Assembly: GCF_037042905.1 (NCBI RefSeq)
Contig: NC_087245.1
Location: 4,652,001-4,716,000 of the forward strand
Reading direction: 5' to 3'
Origin: Lytechinus pictus
Taxonomy: Eukaryota
DNA length: 64,000 nt
The notes under the pieces are model-generated. The model saw only the letters and a program-made list of their open reading frames with translations, was not told the origin of the DNA and did no database searches. Every line of letters starts with the position of its first letter. Position 1 is the stretch's first letter. This document shows positions 41,215-53,836 of this stretch, piece after piece. Both the position numbers and the translations under genes were made by a program.

Positions 41215-41486
41215 TGACCCGCGGGTCTCTCCTCCCGATAACTGGTTGGGGAATGCAGTGGACCACTACACCGGGATTTCCCCCTACTCTTATTTGAATA
41301 GTGCAGTGGGTTCTTAACGTGCAAAGGTGGTAATTCTCCTCTACACGGGGCCTCCATTTAACGTCCTATCCGAGGGACAGAGTGTTTTCCACTGTAACAT
41401 AGCCTGCATCTATAAAACAGGGGAGAGACGTTTACACACAACGCACTGGCTTCAGTCATCCGCCCGGGGTGGACTCGAACCCACGA
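41215..41486 (-). mobile_element. 5'-truncated Deu-domain SINE
   Basis: Minus strand reads B box GGTTCGAGTCC then GGATAGGACGTTAAATGGAGG...GCACGTTAAGAACCCACTGCACTATT...AAGAGTAGGGG...CCCGGTGT, which resembles the Deu domain as recalled. A second copy is at 55469-55853. Confidence 0.8.
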
Positions 41487-44400
41487 TCTTAATACATACA
41501 TACATACACTGTTTATTCCCCCACCACACTCACTCACACACCCTCACACACACTTTTAAAAATATTCAGATGAAAGTATTTGAATAATATACTGAGTTAA
41601 ATCATAGTTTATATCTTATCTGTAACTCGACGGTCCTAGAGCAAAAACCGCTGTGACATTATGCGTTGCGACATGTGACGTTATGCGTTAGAAAAACTAC
41701 GACATTATGCGTTGACTGCGACATTATGCATCGGACGCTCTTGGCATAATGTCGCAATCTGCGACATTATCGGTTGTAACAAGCAGCACGGCGCTATATC
41801 AAATGACCATCATATTGAAATTGATTGGAATATAATGAGTATTCCTAACTTGTCAAATCTACATGGACTGTAGGATCTGTTCAAGTGCTGGGCCACATAA
41901 TATAAAAAGGTAAAATTAGTGTTTTTATGATTCATTTTTGTTAGGAGACTTCCTTCTTGATAGCATGCTATCTTCATTGGATGTGTAAACCATCAGGAAA
42001 TTAAATATCTATTTCTTTAAAGAACCATAACATATTAGGCCTATAAGATGTGCAATTAAAAACAGTAAACATATTTTATAATAATAAAAGTGAATTCTAA
42101 GGCGCCAAATCCATCTAAATCTACATGCGCAAGGCGCACAGGTGAAGAGAGGGAGAGAGGTAAAAACATTATCAAATTATCATAAAGTGTAAGAATTATT
42201 TCAAAGCATGTTAAGAGACCCCTCCCCTAAATCAAAAATGAAAATATATAAATAAAAAGAAAAATATAAATAAATAAATGATTGTTGTAAACATTATACA
42301 TAGGAAGATATGTGACATGATTACATAATGCAAAACAGCAAGCAGATTCTGATTGTATATTCAACATAGATTGCGTTTAATGTACAAACAAGTTTAAAAA
42401 GTTACTTTTCTCCATTTACAATCCACTCTATGAACCCCTCAAGCCAATGTAATTGAGAGCATTACAACTTTTAGTATGAACTAGAAAAAAAAGAGACAAA
42501 CCACTTCAGGAAAGTTGCTCATACAGAGGATCTGAAAATACATTTTGCCATACAAAAAAAAAATAAGTGGCCCATACATGTACATAAGGAATGCTGTGTA
42601 ACAGCACTTTGTTGACAGAAAGAAAGGGTAATATCAAACATCTCCTGGACTGGATAATGAACCATCAAGGAAAAAACATCTAAAGATACCTTTAACAAAT
42701 TTTAGTTGCTCTGTGATCAAAACACTCTCCAATTTAATTGCTAAAATGCATGTTTGGATGCATATTAAGAAACAAGAGAACATCCAAGTTATTTGTTTTT
42801 AAGACAAATTTATTGCTTATATAGGTCCAGACGGAGAAGAAACACACACTCCTCCAGTCTTAATTGAAAATAAAGCTTAGAATTGCCTAATTAGGTTAAA
42901 ATGACAAGTTTATGGTCTAGGGTTCCACATTGACTGGGAATAAGATAGATATTAACCAGGTTTTATAGCCTCTTCCAAACAGGAGTGTAATTCATTCAGT
43001 AATAGTGCCCATTCACAATGTAACCCATATCAACTCTAAATTTCAGCCCAACTAGCCTTCTGATTTTGAGCAAGAGCAATGTCAATGGCATGAGTCTAAT
43101 TTTTTTTTTAAAGTTTGTGGTGTCTATGGTGCACAAAATTGACAAAGGCAGCATTGAAAATTAATTCATATTTGCTATTCTTTTCTGTAGATCAGAACCA
43201 TTGACTACAGTAGGTCTATATTAGTATACACACGTTTGCATGTTGAATGTTTGAGATATCAAATCTGGCACCCCCAGATAGAAATGAGAATTCAAATGTG
43301 AAGAGGGCTAGTAACTATTCCGGAAGTTTGCCCATTACTCTATCTTACTCTTTATTGATAGCATGGCTACTGATTGTAAGTTTACAAATATGGTAGCCAA
43401 AGAATATACCAGAGTGGGTGGGGGTGTGGGGTCATAACCTGTTCATAAAGAAATATATTTTTATTCAACTGTGTTTTTAAGTAAAGCAGCAGGGTGCACA
43501 AAGTTACTAATAACTTTCAATTTTAAATATGGGAAGCCAAATTATAAATCGAGATATCAGCTTTAAAAGTGAATGAATATAAATATGAATATGACAAATT
43601 TGACCAGAAAAATTAGATCACCATCATTTTTCTTACATCAAACATGGGCTATGGATAAGTTTCCCCCAATGCTGCCACTCTATATTCAAATGTACAACCA
43701 TGTCATTTTGCAACCAAGAATTTGACTTATCTTTACATTTTCAGCATCTTAACAGCTCATTTTGCACAAAATGGATACAAAACACTTCCTTTTGTTCATT
43801 GACAGAACACTTACTGCTAACCATCATATCTTTTGTAATTTCGAAAAAAAAAAATTACACAAGTAAAAACAGGTTCCTGGTTTCTAAGTTTTTAGGACCT
43901 ACATGTAAAAATAAGAACCCAAACCCTTTGCTACATTTCAAATTCAAGCTAAAAAATACTTTTTTTTGTTTTGGTTACAAAATCATAAAAACAACTGAGT
44001 GGGCAATCACTGGGGCTTGCAAATTTGAAAGTATATAAGAAATCAGCTAATAACCAGTTATGTTCTACCATATCATAAAATATTCAACATTGATACATGT
44101 AAGTTAATCTAATTATGATACTGATACTATATATCATTATAAACATAGGAAAGTTATAGGCTCAGATATAGCTTTGAAGTTTATCAATAAAATGCAAATA
44201 TTACCCTTACCCTCGTGAAAATTCAGCCCCTAAACTTACCCTCTAAAAAGATATATTATTCAAAGAACTAAGAATAGATTAGGGTGGATTGTTTAAAAAA
44301 CCCTTTGATAGCATTGGCTGTCAACAATGTTGTGGACTGAAACAGGGGTAATAGTTCAGGTTTTTACTCCTGCTTCATCACTGAAAATAGCAGACCAGAG

Positions 44401-46664
44401 AAAATATTAGATGTATATGTTTAGGTACAAAAATAAAAATTATCATTCCTGAGTTGTAATTCATCATCTTGAAAATGAACTGGTGTGTTGATTCTAACAT
44501 ATTGATTACTTTGACCACTCACTTGATAAAAATACAGCTCTATTGATTTCTTAGTAAAATTTGGTCACAGATTAGTTCATTGCGAGAATCTTGGCCTTTT
44601 TGGCATGTTTAGCGAACATGGGGAGTGCTTCATGAGGTGCGTATTCAACTTATTGTTAAAAGCTTCTGAAATATTTGCATATGATTGGCTTTAGAGCAAA
44701 TTAGTCAGTAAGAATCATGAGTGAGAATCTTCCACTGACGTTGCCTATCTATCTCTGAGCTGTCAATCAATCAAAGATAGCATCTCTTAGCCACCTCAAG
44801 CACCACACCCCAAAAACTGATATTATCGGTATCATTAGAACAAAGTAAACACTTCAGTAAAGGAAATGATTCCACATTCACACTGGACAATACCAAAGAG
44901 AATTAGCACAAACACCAGAATCATTTTCACTGTGATATCATACAGCAGCCAAATTCCCATATTCGCTCATGTCATTTATCTTTATCACAGTATATTAGTT
45001 ACTGTAATGATTTTTAATGATTTTTTGTGTGTGTATGTGTTACTATTAATAAGGAATGGAGTGAAACAAGTTTGATTATTTTCATTTTATTGAATCATTT
45101 CCTTTTAATGCATGTGGTGGAATGCTAGCAATTTGTATCATTATCCATACTCTCCCAAACTTAGTCTAGGTTTTGATTTGATATTGGACATCAATTATTC
45201 CATTCATCATAAAAAAAAGAACAAAACAATGTACATACAAAGTTGACACATATTACATGGGAAAATTGTAAATAATGCAATGATAAAATCTGGGAAACAT
45301 TTGAAGAAAAAAGAGTATATATATGAATAAATGAGGAGGCAACTAGAAAGGCAAAGCCTTATTAGCGCTGCCACCTTTACAAAAACTGGAAACTGAATAT
45401 ATGAAATTGTGAAATACATGATGTAATAAATACTGAATACCAGATATAAACATCGAGCATAAAAGGGGTGATACAAATTTGAATACAATGACAAAAATAT
45501 ATACTAATATATTAATGATAATTACTATAAAAACAATAGGGGAAGAAGAAAAAAAACCTGATCAAACATTAAAATATTTACTGAGAAGTTGGGTTCTATA
45601 TCGCCTTTTAAAAACATTTTGATACTGTAATTGTTTAATGCCTATAAAACAAAGTGAGTAGTTTTGATTATCAAGATGCATGCCTCATTTCTAAAATTAC
45701 TTTGCTCTTTTAAACTAACATCATCACTCTGATAAGATAAGAAACATGTAGGAACTATACTGAAATGAAGTCTTATAAATTGTTATCACTTCTTCAAAAT
45801 CATACATTTGAAATCAATTAGAGTCACAATCGAAAGCAATAAAGTAACATAAAAACAAGTTAACAGGCAATAATGTGCAGTTAGAAGTAATAATGCATGT
45901 CAAATTGACAATATTGCATTTGAGAGGGTAATACTCGTGCAATCAATTGATTTAAAAGTAAAGGATGAATGAATCTACAAACTCTTATTAAGCCAAGGTG
46001 AAAATTCAAACATGTTATACATTAATCAATCAAAACCCATAATATATCCAATTTAAAAACAATATTCAGTATGGATTGATCAATAGAATTGAATTGATAA
46101 GTTTTGGTTGTTACATATAACTTTTATAGATCAGAGCCTTCTTTTCCGTGTGCTCATAACCAATTGTGTGAGATACAGCCAGACATTAATATATTTTATA
46201 TTAATGTACAGATAATGTAAATCTTGTATTTGTTCTACTTTTCCTTTCAATTATTGCTTTCATTATCATTCCTTTTCTTTTGTGCCCAAAGTTTGGAAAG
46301 GAAAAGATGATAAACTGTTATCTTTGGCTTCTGTTTGTAGAGGAATCAATGTCTCTGACAGGAAACCTTTAGTTTAGTATTGGGCAAGCTTGGGGAAATC
46401 CCACAAGTTACACTTTCGGCATTTCATACCAGATTTTGGTGCATTTATCTTTTTGATCTGTGGTTGAAACCATACTTTTATTCCATATCATATTACAAAG
46501 TAGATTACTTTTGATGCCCCAAATAATTCATAAATTACACTTGCTCATCCTAAATTTTCTTGTAACACAAGAACTTACATTCTCCCTGGTATACAGCGTA
46601 TCAATGAAATAAATCAGATAATTGTACAAGCTTTGAAAGAAGAATGATGCAGAATCTAGCATGC

Positions 46665-46813
46665 AATTACACACACATATATTCATACATACATACATAC
46701 ACCCTTCCATACATACATACATACATAAAGACACCTGTACATACATACACACATACATACATACATACACATTCTTTCTCTCCCCCCCCCCCCCCCTCTC
46801 TCTCTCTCTCTCT
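46665..46813. repeat. (TACA)n, poly-C and (CT)n simple repeats
   Basis: Visible microsatellites. Confidence 0.95.
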
Positions 46814-47157
46814 TATAGTTTGGGAAAAAAGGATATCAATACTCATTCACCACTCTTTCTTCTCATTTCTTTTGTTTCTGTGTTCATTATATTGCAATAT
46901 TGCAATTTCTCCCTTTTTTAATCTTTCTATTCAAATCAATTTTTTTCAACAGATAATCAATACAAATACACATATATATCTACTCTCTTATCCATATTTT
47001 CCTTTACTTCCCTTACGGTACACATTTCATCATCTATACCATGTAGGCTATATTTCACTCTATCTTTCACTCTCTCTCTCAAATATGTTTTTACCCTTAT
47101 ATCCCTTCACCCCCTTTCCCTTTCACCCTTGTCAAACCCCACTCCATCAAAAAGGCA

Positions 47158-47367
47158 CACTCTAAAAACAAATAAGTCAAAAATGACTAGTTAATAGGGT
47201 CAGCTGTCTGCAACTTTTATTCTGGTTGTATTTAACTATTTTCTAGTCGTATTTCACTAGAATCAAGTTATTTTTTACTAGAATATATGTCAGAAATGTG
47301 ACTAGACTATCAGTTGCACCCAGCTGACTACTTGTCCAGTCAATTTGACTGATTTGTTTTAAGAGTG
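47158..47367. mobile_element. EnSpm/CACTA-like MITE with 2-bp TSD
   Basis: TIRs CACTCTAAAAACAAATAAGTCAAA / TTTGACTGATTTGTTTTAAGAGTG, with CA duplicated on both sides. Confidence 0.8.
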
Positions 47368-49045
47368 CACCACCACCAATTCCACATTTTAATCAAAGAA
47401 GCAGTACTGTACCTATTTGGATTGTTAGTGTGCATGGATTTAGTGAAGCCACCACACCTTTACAAGGAATATAGTTCTTAGTGGCTTCTTTTTCACAGTA
47501 ACACCTCAGCCAAATCACTGTTTACAGATTTTCTCATGGTAATCGTAAAAAGGACTAATACCAGTGAGTACTGACAGCTATTTGTGAATCAAATAAAAGG
47601 TTTTATAGGGGAACTGCCAATTCCGGTCTTGACAATCAATACCACCAGGTAGGGTACAAACATAAAAAAGTAGCAATTGAATATACTTATCTGCCTATTG
47701 TGGCATATTGCCTAATTCTACTAGTATTCTATTTAAACTCAAATCGCACTTTGCAATATCAAAATCCCATTCATGAGAAAAATGAAATTTAGTTTTTCGA
47801 TCAACAATACAACTAGAAAATGCTAGACAACTCTTGACAGAAGTAAAAGAGTAGCTAGTACAATGTTTGTTTTGCAGGAAGTCTATAATCTATATGGTGT
47901 GGTACAAAATTACTACTTGCAAAATGTATTGTAAAACAGTGAAGGCTTCAAAACACAGCAAAAAAAATTGTTTTCTATTGCATGAGCGTTGATCAGTATT
48001 ATATTAAAAATAAGATACTGAATCCCCCCTCCTTCATTCTTTCTATCTCATACATGTATATACGCCGGATAATAAAGTCATGATGTATTGGAGAAGGAGC
48101 TCATATTTTTTTGTTTAACACCCAAGATATCTCCATAGTGTAAGCTTATACTGCTATTAAACAACATATTGCTGTTGATAATAGCAATAAGTATCAAATT
48201 TTACAGTGATATCCGGTCTACACCAATACTCAATGGTCATGCCTCCAATAAAGAAATATGCATCCTCCTGAAAAACAATTACAATTTTTACGATATTAAA
48301 AGGACATGATTTTCTTGTTGAAAATAATTAGACTATGAATACAACATCACTAACTTTCAGCTCCTGACAAAAAAGTGCAAGTGAAATCTGACACTGTGAT
48401 CATTATGAACACAGACACATGCTTCAACGAGCTGGAACAAAAACCAGCATGAGGGATTGACCGAATTCATCAGAGCAGAAGGTCTCAACTAAGGGCAATA
48501 ATTGAGGGATGAACTAATAAAAATAAAGATTCTCTGAAAAGGTGAGAAAAAATACAAACATTTGGTGTGGCCAAGGCTGCATGAAAAGTGGACCTTCTCC
48601 CCAAAATACAGGAACGAATTAAGCGCTCAGTAGCAGCTCTATTTTGAAGAGAAGTAGTAATTTTTGTGTACGAATGGTTTTTAACCCACCAAACAGGACT
48701 GAAATGAAAATATAAACAGTCTAAACCCATTCGAGACTGAGAAATTACTTGGTCACATCATGGCATGTGAGTTGTAGGCCTAGAGTTGAGAGTCTACTTC
48801 ATTGAAAAGTTAATAATAAAAAATTGAACAAAATTTTAAATAGGCCTAGTACAGATCTAATTCAAATTCTTTTTTTTAGAGTAGATCTATAAGTTTCAGT
48901 CTCCATCTTTAGAGAGCCATCAGCTGTTCCACTGAATTACATTGTCTCCACTTACATCTGGTTATGTCAGAAAATTGTGAAAGTCCCCAGAAAAGAGGGT
49001 TATTCTCGCCGAATAGTAGAGATCTATATTTCTTTCATTATTTTG

Positions 49046-49245
49046 GGGAGGCGCGATAGCTCAGTCGGTAGAGCGGGGGTTTCGGATTCCGGTGACCCGG
49101 GTTCGATTCCCAAGTGGTGCGCTAGTGCCCTTTGGTAAGGCATTTATCCTCATTACCAGGTCCCTCGGAGAGGACCTTCAGCCGTTGGTCCCCTGGTTGC
49201 TTGCTCACAGGCATTCGTGCTTTCTTAGCAGTCAGGTAAAACAAC
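49046..49245 (+). mobile_element. tRNA-derived SINE with CORE-like body
   Basis: A box TAGCTCAGTCGG, B box GTTCGATTC, followed by gtgccctttggtaaggcatttatcctc rather than a tRNA 3' end. Confidence 0.85.
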
Positions 49246-49299
49246 CTCGGTATAACATGAAATGGCTAACATTAGATGATTAGTGACACGACAGTACAA

Positions 49300-49900
49300 T
49301 GAAAAGCAAGACAAAAAGTAAGCAAAGTAAATAATGGAAATGAAAGTAGATCAACGCCAATCAAGATCTACAAATATCAAGATCAACTACAATTTTGAAC
49401 AACTTACAGTTACAAATACAGCAAGTATGGCAGCAGGGCCCAAAACCCAAACGAAGATGGACCAGGCGAGAGCTCGTACAGTTGATAGCCGACGCTATGG
49501 CAGCGAGACGAATTGGGTGTCGACTAATTTAAAGCCCTCCCACCACCACCGATTCACCGTTTTCCAACTTACTACGGGATAATTTAATTTTACGTACCTA
49601 ACATTTTCATGTCACATTCTCCTTCTCTAGACCTCAACATGCCTGACCTGATGAAATTTGTCCTTAGTATACCTTTCAGGTTAAACATTCTAGACCAATA
49701 TGCTAGCTGGCATCGCTTTCTGTTCAGGCATTCTCGACATCAAAGAAAGCACATGTCAAAATGAATGACGTCACAACTAAAAACAGTACGAATAAAGATT
49801 TAGGGATTTCCCCTACTGTGTATTCTGTGTTTTCAATGGTGACAGCGACCTTTTCGACACTGGTTCCAACTTCCTCAACTTGAACCGGGCCTAAATCTCT
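49300..49900 (-). promoter_or_regulatory. CpG-rich promoter/first-exon island at the edge of the CpG-depleted domain
   Basis: Many CpGs, a full CRE TGACGTCA at 49766-49773, an ETS-like ACTTCC near 49868 and several minus-strand donor motifs. The sequence to its left is CpG-poor. Confidence 0.55.
49598..49610 (-). CDS. Candidate distal first exon, coding part (MKML-E), of Osr or of a host transcript
   Basis: gacATG AAA ATG TTA G|GTACGT, phase 1, in frame with the Osr main exon. It lies in a CpG-rich promoter-like island. Other donor-like sites nearby (about 49571 and 49671) make the exact boundary uncertain. Confidence 0.33.
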
Positions 49901-50015
49901 CATTCTCTCTCTTTCTATCATCTTGTCTCATAATATTTTTTGTCATTTTTTCATATTTTATCACTTGAATTGATTTGACTCTGCACGATTATGATTTTTG
50001 TTTGGTGTGTGTTTC

Positions 50016-50269
50016 CACTGGCATACAGATGGGGGGGGGGGGGGTCTTAATTTGCACCCCGAATTTTTTCACGACCAAGAAAATAAAAGAGAAAAGGAAA
50101 GGGATAAGGGTGGATTATGATATCATTTTCTGAATATTATGTCAAAATCTATCACAAACTTGGATTTTTGTAATAAGAATGTCAATTTCTTTTGCTCGCA
50201 ACTTTTTGTTAATTTTACGCGATACGCCATATCAAGCCCCCTCAAATTTTTTGGCTCATTACGCCACTG
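50016..50269 (+). mobile_element. hAT-like MITE
   Basis: Ends CACTGGCATA / TACGCCACTG with a perfect 8-bp TSD TGTGTTTC. Confidence 0.9.
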
Positions 50270-50437
50270 TGTGTTTCAGATAATGGCATTGGAAAATAGA
50301 GTGGAGAAATAAAGAGGATGGCAAAAAATGAGGGGCATGACCTGACCGGAACGATATTTTGGCCTATGTAGCTGAGTGCGTTTTTTTTTTTTTTGTATCA
50401 TTCATTTTGACAAATTTGAAGATTCAATTTTTGGTTT

Positions 50438-50913
50438 GGGAAGTTCACCCTGACAAAGCTTGTTGTAAAAAAAGCACCAAAAAAATAATAATAAAAAATA
50501 TTGCCGAAATTTTGAGAAAAATCCGTCATAGAATAAAATGTTATTAGAATCTTAATTGTTTGATGTGTGACGTCATAATTATGCAAACAGCTTTCCTACA
50601 TATCGTATGCTGGTAAAGAAATCAATGAAATGTCGTTTTCTTAGAAATTTGAAAATGGTTTTTACCGTACCTTTAGTATATCAATGGACAAATCATTAAT
50701 TCACATCTGTTTCTAAAAAGAAAATAAAAATAAGTCATCACGAACCATTAAAAATTGAAATTTATGCATTTTATATTACTTAACATATCGGGCAGCTGCT
50801 CGTTTATGACGTCACAAATCCAAACTTAATATTCTAATAACTTTCTCAATCTGTACTGGATTTTTTATTCTGCTAATTTTACAACAAACTCTCCTTCAGG
50901 GTGAACTTCCCCT
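50438..50913. mobile_element. Kolobok-like MITE with eroded left end
   Basis: TIRs GGGAAGTTCACCCTGA / TCAGGGTGAACTTCCCCT, followed by TTAA. Confidence 0.8.
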
Positions 50914-51057
50914 TTAAGTTTCCAGATAGAAATATATGTAGAGCCTATACTTTTACGATAATCATGACAAATAGGTTATTTTATTATCTTCACTCGGTCA
51001 TCTTCATTCACATTTAGGGGTTCCCGTGTGATCAGCGTTCCAGTTCTTTATTACATG

Positions 51058-53370
51058 CATGGGCGGAAATCCCAGGGGGGACGTGTCCCCCCTACCAAAA
51101 GTAGTAGGGGGGACACCATATCAAATGCCCCCCCTACTATTTTTGGTATTTTACTGGAAAAATGCATCATTCACATTCGAAATAATACATGTATTTTGGA
51201 CTAAATGACATTACATTTTGGGTGAAAACCTTTTTCTTGCTTGTCGAATTTTCCAGAGTGAATAAAGTAAGATGAGGGGAAGACTTGGAAAATAAAAAGA
51301 ATCTTTCATGTCACTATATAGAATTTTCGGTCGCGCTTCGCGCTCGCATTGCCTGGTAGGTGATAGTTCGATATGGAGCTTAAATATCAAGTTTGAAAGT
51401 CAATATACATTACACATTTCACCTCGGAAATCGAACTTTCATTATTTTGTGTGATTTACAAATTTATTTTTAAAAAGTGCTCTGTAAAAATGTCAGTTTT
51501 ATGGTCTGAATATTAACATTTCTGCTCGCACTGCGCGCTCGCAAATTTTGATTACTCAACTTGTTCTCTATTTAAATAATTATCCAGTTTCAGATCACAA
51601 TATCAAAATTTTTTTGCTCGCGCTTTGTGCTCGCATTATTAATGTAGGAAGATCACCTATTACTCATTCTTTTCATGATTTACAAAACATGAATAGAGTG
51701 TGCCGTTTTTAGGTCTAAATCTCGATTTTTTTTTCGCGCTTCGTGCTCGCATCAAATGTTTAGTTATTATACCTATCTGTTTAAATTACAAAAAGTGCTT
51801 AGAATTTTCATTCCATAGGAAAAAATGTCAAAAAAAATCAGCTCGCGCTTCGCGCTCGCATTATTTGATTTTTAAAATATGTAACATATTCATGGCTAAC
51901 TGCAAGCAGTCTTTAACAGGTACCTTTTCCATCAGTTCATTTCTGCTCGCGCTTCACGTTTGTAGTAATTATTCATTTACATACACATCTTTTTCAGGAT
52001 AGCAAACATGGCCCAGAATGTTCAAAATTTTAGGAAAAAATACATATTTCTATAAAAATTTAGCTCGCGCTTCGCGCTCGCATTATATAATTAAGGATTA
52101 TGATATTATATATTTAAATTCTTTCATAAGAATAAAGCTAAGAAGTGACTATTAGGACTACCCCTTCAAAGTGTGGAAGCGTCGTGGTGTAGCGGTTCTG
52201 ACTCTCGCCTTGTAATCAGAGGGTCGTGTGTTCGAATCCCACCATGGCCTAGCGTCCTTTGGCAAGGCGTTAATCCACACTTTGCCATACTCCACCCAGG
52301 TGTTAAATGGGTACCCGGTAGGATGTGAAAGCCTATATGTATTATGCCTAGCAATTGAGTCTTGGAACTCTTGTTGGAATGCTCCCCAGGGAGTGGAGAA
52401 GGTGCATACATTGTATGCGGGCATGCAAGGATCCGATGACCGGGGTAATAATATGTCTGTAAAGCGCTTAGAGACGTCGTTCCGATGTATTAAGCGCTAT
52501 ATAAATGCGGAATATTATTATTATTATTATTCAAAGAAACCAAATATCATCTTCGAGCGGCCGATCGGGGAGAATATGGCTGAAAAAAAATCCGCCCCCC
52601 TATTGGCGAAGGCTGGATCCGCCCCTGCTTAACAAGTAGGGCCTACCTTTTCGATCAGTTCAAATTAAACGTATATAAACATTTTGTGGCTGCACTTTGC
52701 ACTCGCATTATTAATGTAAGGAAGACCTCCAATTACTCATCCTTTTCATGATTTACAGAACATGAATAGAATTTCTCGTTCTTAGGTCTAAATCTCAAAA
52801 TTTTCCGCTCGCGCTCCGCATCAATTGTTTAGCTATATACCTATTATGTTTAAGTTACAAAAAGTGCTAAGAATTTCCATTCTTTAGGTAAAAATTTGGC
52901 TCGCGCTTCACGCTCGCCTTATTTGATTGTTGAAATATGTAACGTCTTCATGGCTAACTGTAAGCAGTCTTTAACAGGTACCTCTTCGCGTTCGTAGTAA
53001 TTGTTTAGTTGCATACACATCTTTTTCAGGATAACAAACATTGCCCAGAATGTTCAAATTTTAGGAAAAAATACATAAAATTTCCCCCAAAAAAAAAAAT
53101 TGCTCGCGCTTCGCGCTCACATTATATAAATAAGGATTATGAAATTATATATAATATTATTTTTAACCTATCCTGTTCATAATTAAAATCAGAATAAAGC
53201 TAAGAAGTGACAATGAGGACTACCCCTTCAATAAAACAAACAAAAATCATCTTCAAGCGGCCGATCGGGGATTAACAAATGGCTGGAAAAAAAATCGCCC
53301 CTCCCTATTGGCGAAGGCTGGATCCGCCCCTGTGGTCCCCCCTACCTTTCGGGACAGATTTCCGCCCATG
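51058..53370. mobile_element. 2.3-kb composite non-autonomous hAT-like element with internal GCTCGCGCTTCGCGCTCGC repeats
   Basis: TIRs CATGGGCGGAAATC / GATTTCCGCCCATG, perfect 8-bp TSD ATTACATG, an internal duplication and a nested SINE. Confidence 0.9.
52172..52529 (+). mobile_element. Full-length tRNA-derived SINE with (TTA)n tail
   Basis: A box TGGTGTAGCGG, B box GTTCGAATCC, body cctttggcaaggc...ccacccaggtgttaaatgggtacc, TTA tail, and TSD TTCAAAG at 52165-52171 and 52530-52536. Confidence 0.9.
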
Positions 53371-53550
53371 ATTACATGATTACCGTCTTGTTGAAGTTTT
53401 TGTTTTTTGTTTGGGGAATTTTAAGACGTGTACTGTTCAATATTCATTGGGAATATTTACCCCTGTCCGTGATAGAGTATGTACATTTCAAACAAAATGG
53501 TTCATATCATGACGTTTCAAAGGCAAAAACTTACACAAATTGTTCCATAT

Positions 53551-53836
53551 TCTGAACTCGGGTTTAATTCAAACCCTGGTTTAAAGTTATGGTTTAACTA
53601 TGGAGAGTCAATTGGGGCACAAATCTCAGTTAGTACATGTTCAATTTATTAACTCTTATGACACTAAAATCATTTATAACTGTCTCAGGATGATAGCTGA
53701 AATATTTTCTTCATTATGAAAGCAAAGAGAAACAAAATAGTAAATATAAGCCGTATACAAAATAAGCAGAATTTTTGAGGTTTTGGCTACCATATGGCTT
53801 ACTTTTAGCACAGTACAGTAGTTAAACCATAGTCTA
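53551..53836. mobile_element. Degraded palindromic MITE
   Basis: Inverted tatggtttaacta / tagttaaaccata arms. Confidence 0.5.

Larger units (their letters stand above)
40459..41781. mobile_element. Long-TIR foldback element, TGT...ACA ends, 5-bp TSD (Ginger2/TDD-like), with two nested inserts
   Basis: Ends TGTTACAACCGATAAT / ATTATCGGTTGTAACA, AGCAG TSD at 40454-40458 and 41782-41786, and inverted arms of about 200 bp with cgcataatgtcgca subrepeats. Confidence 0.85.

Noticed and set aside
46528..47165. 173-aa and overlapping ORFs
   Set aside because: Derived from TACA/CT simple repeats and low-complexity sequence.
49046..49120. tRNA gene
   Set aside because: A and B boxes are present but there is no proper acceptor stem closure, and the sequence runs on into a SINE body. 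The same applies to 52172-52245 and 55780-55853.
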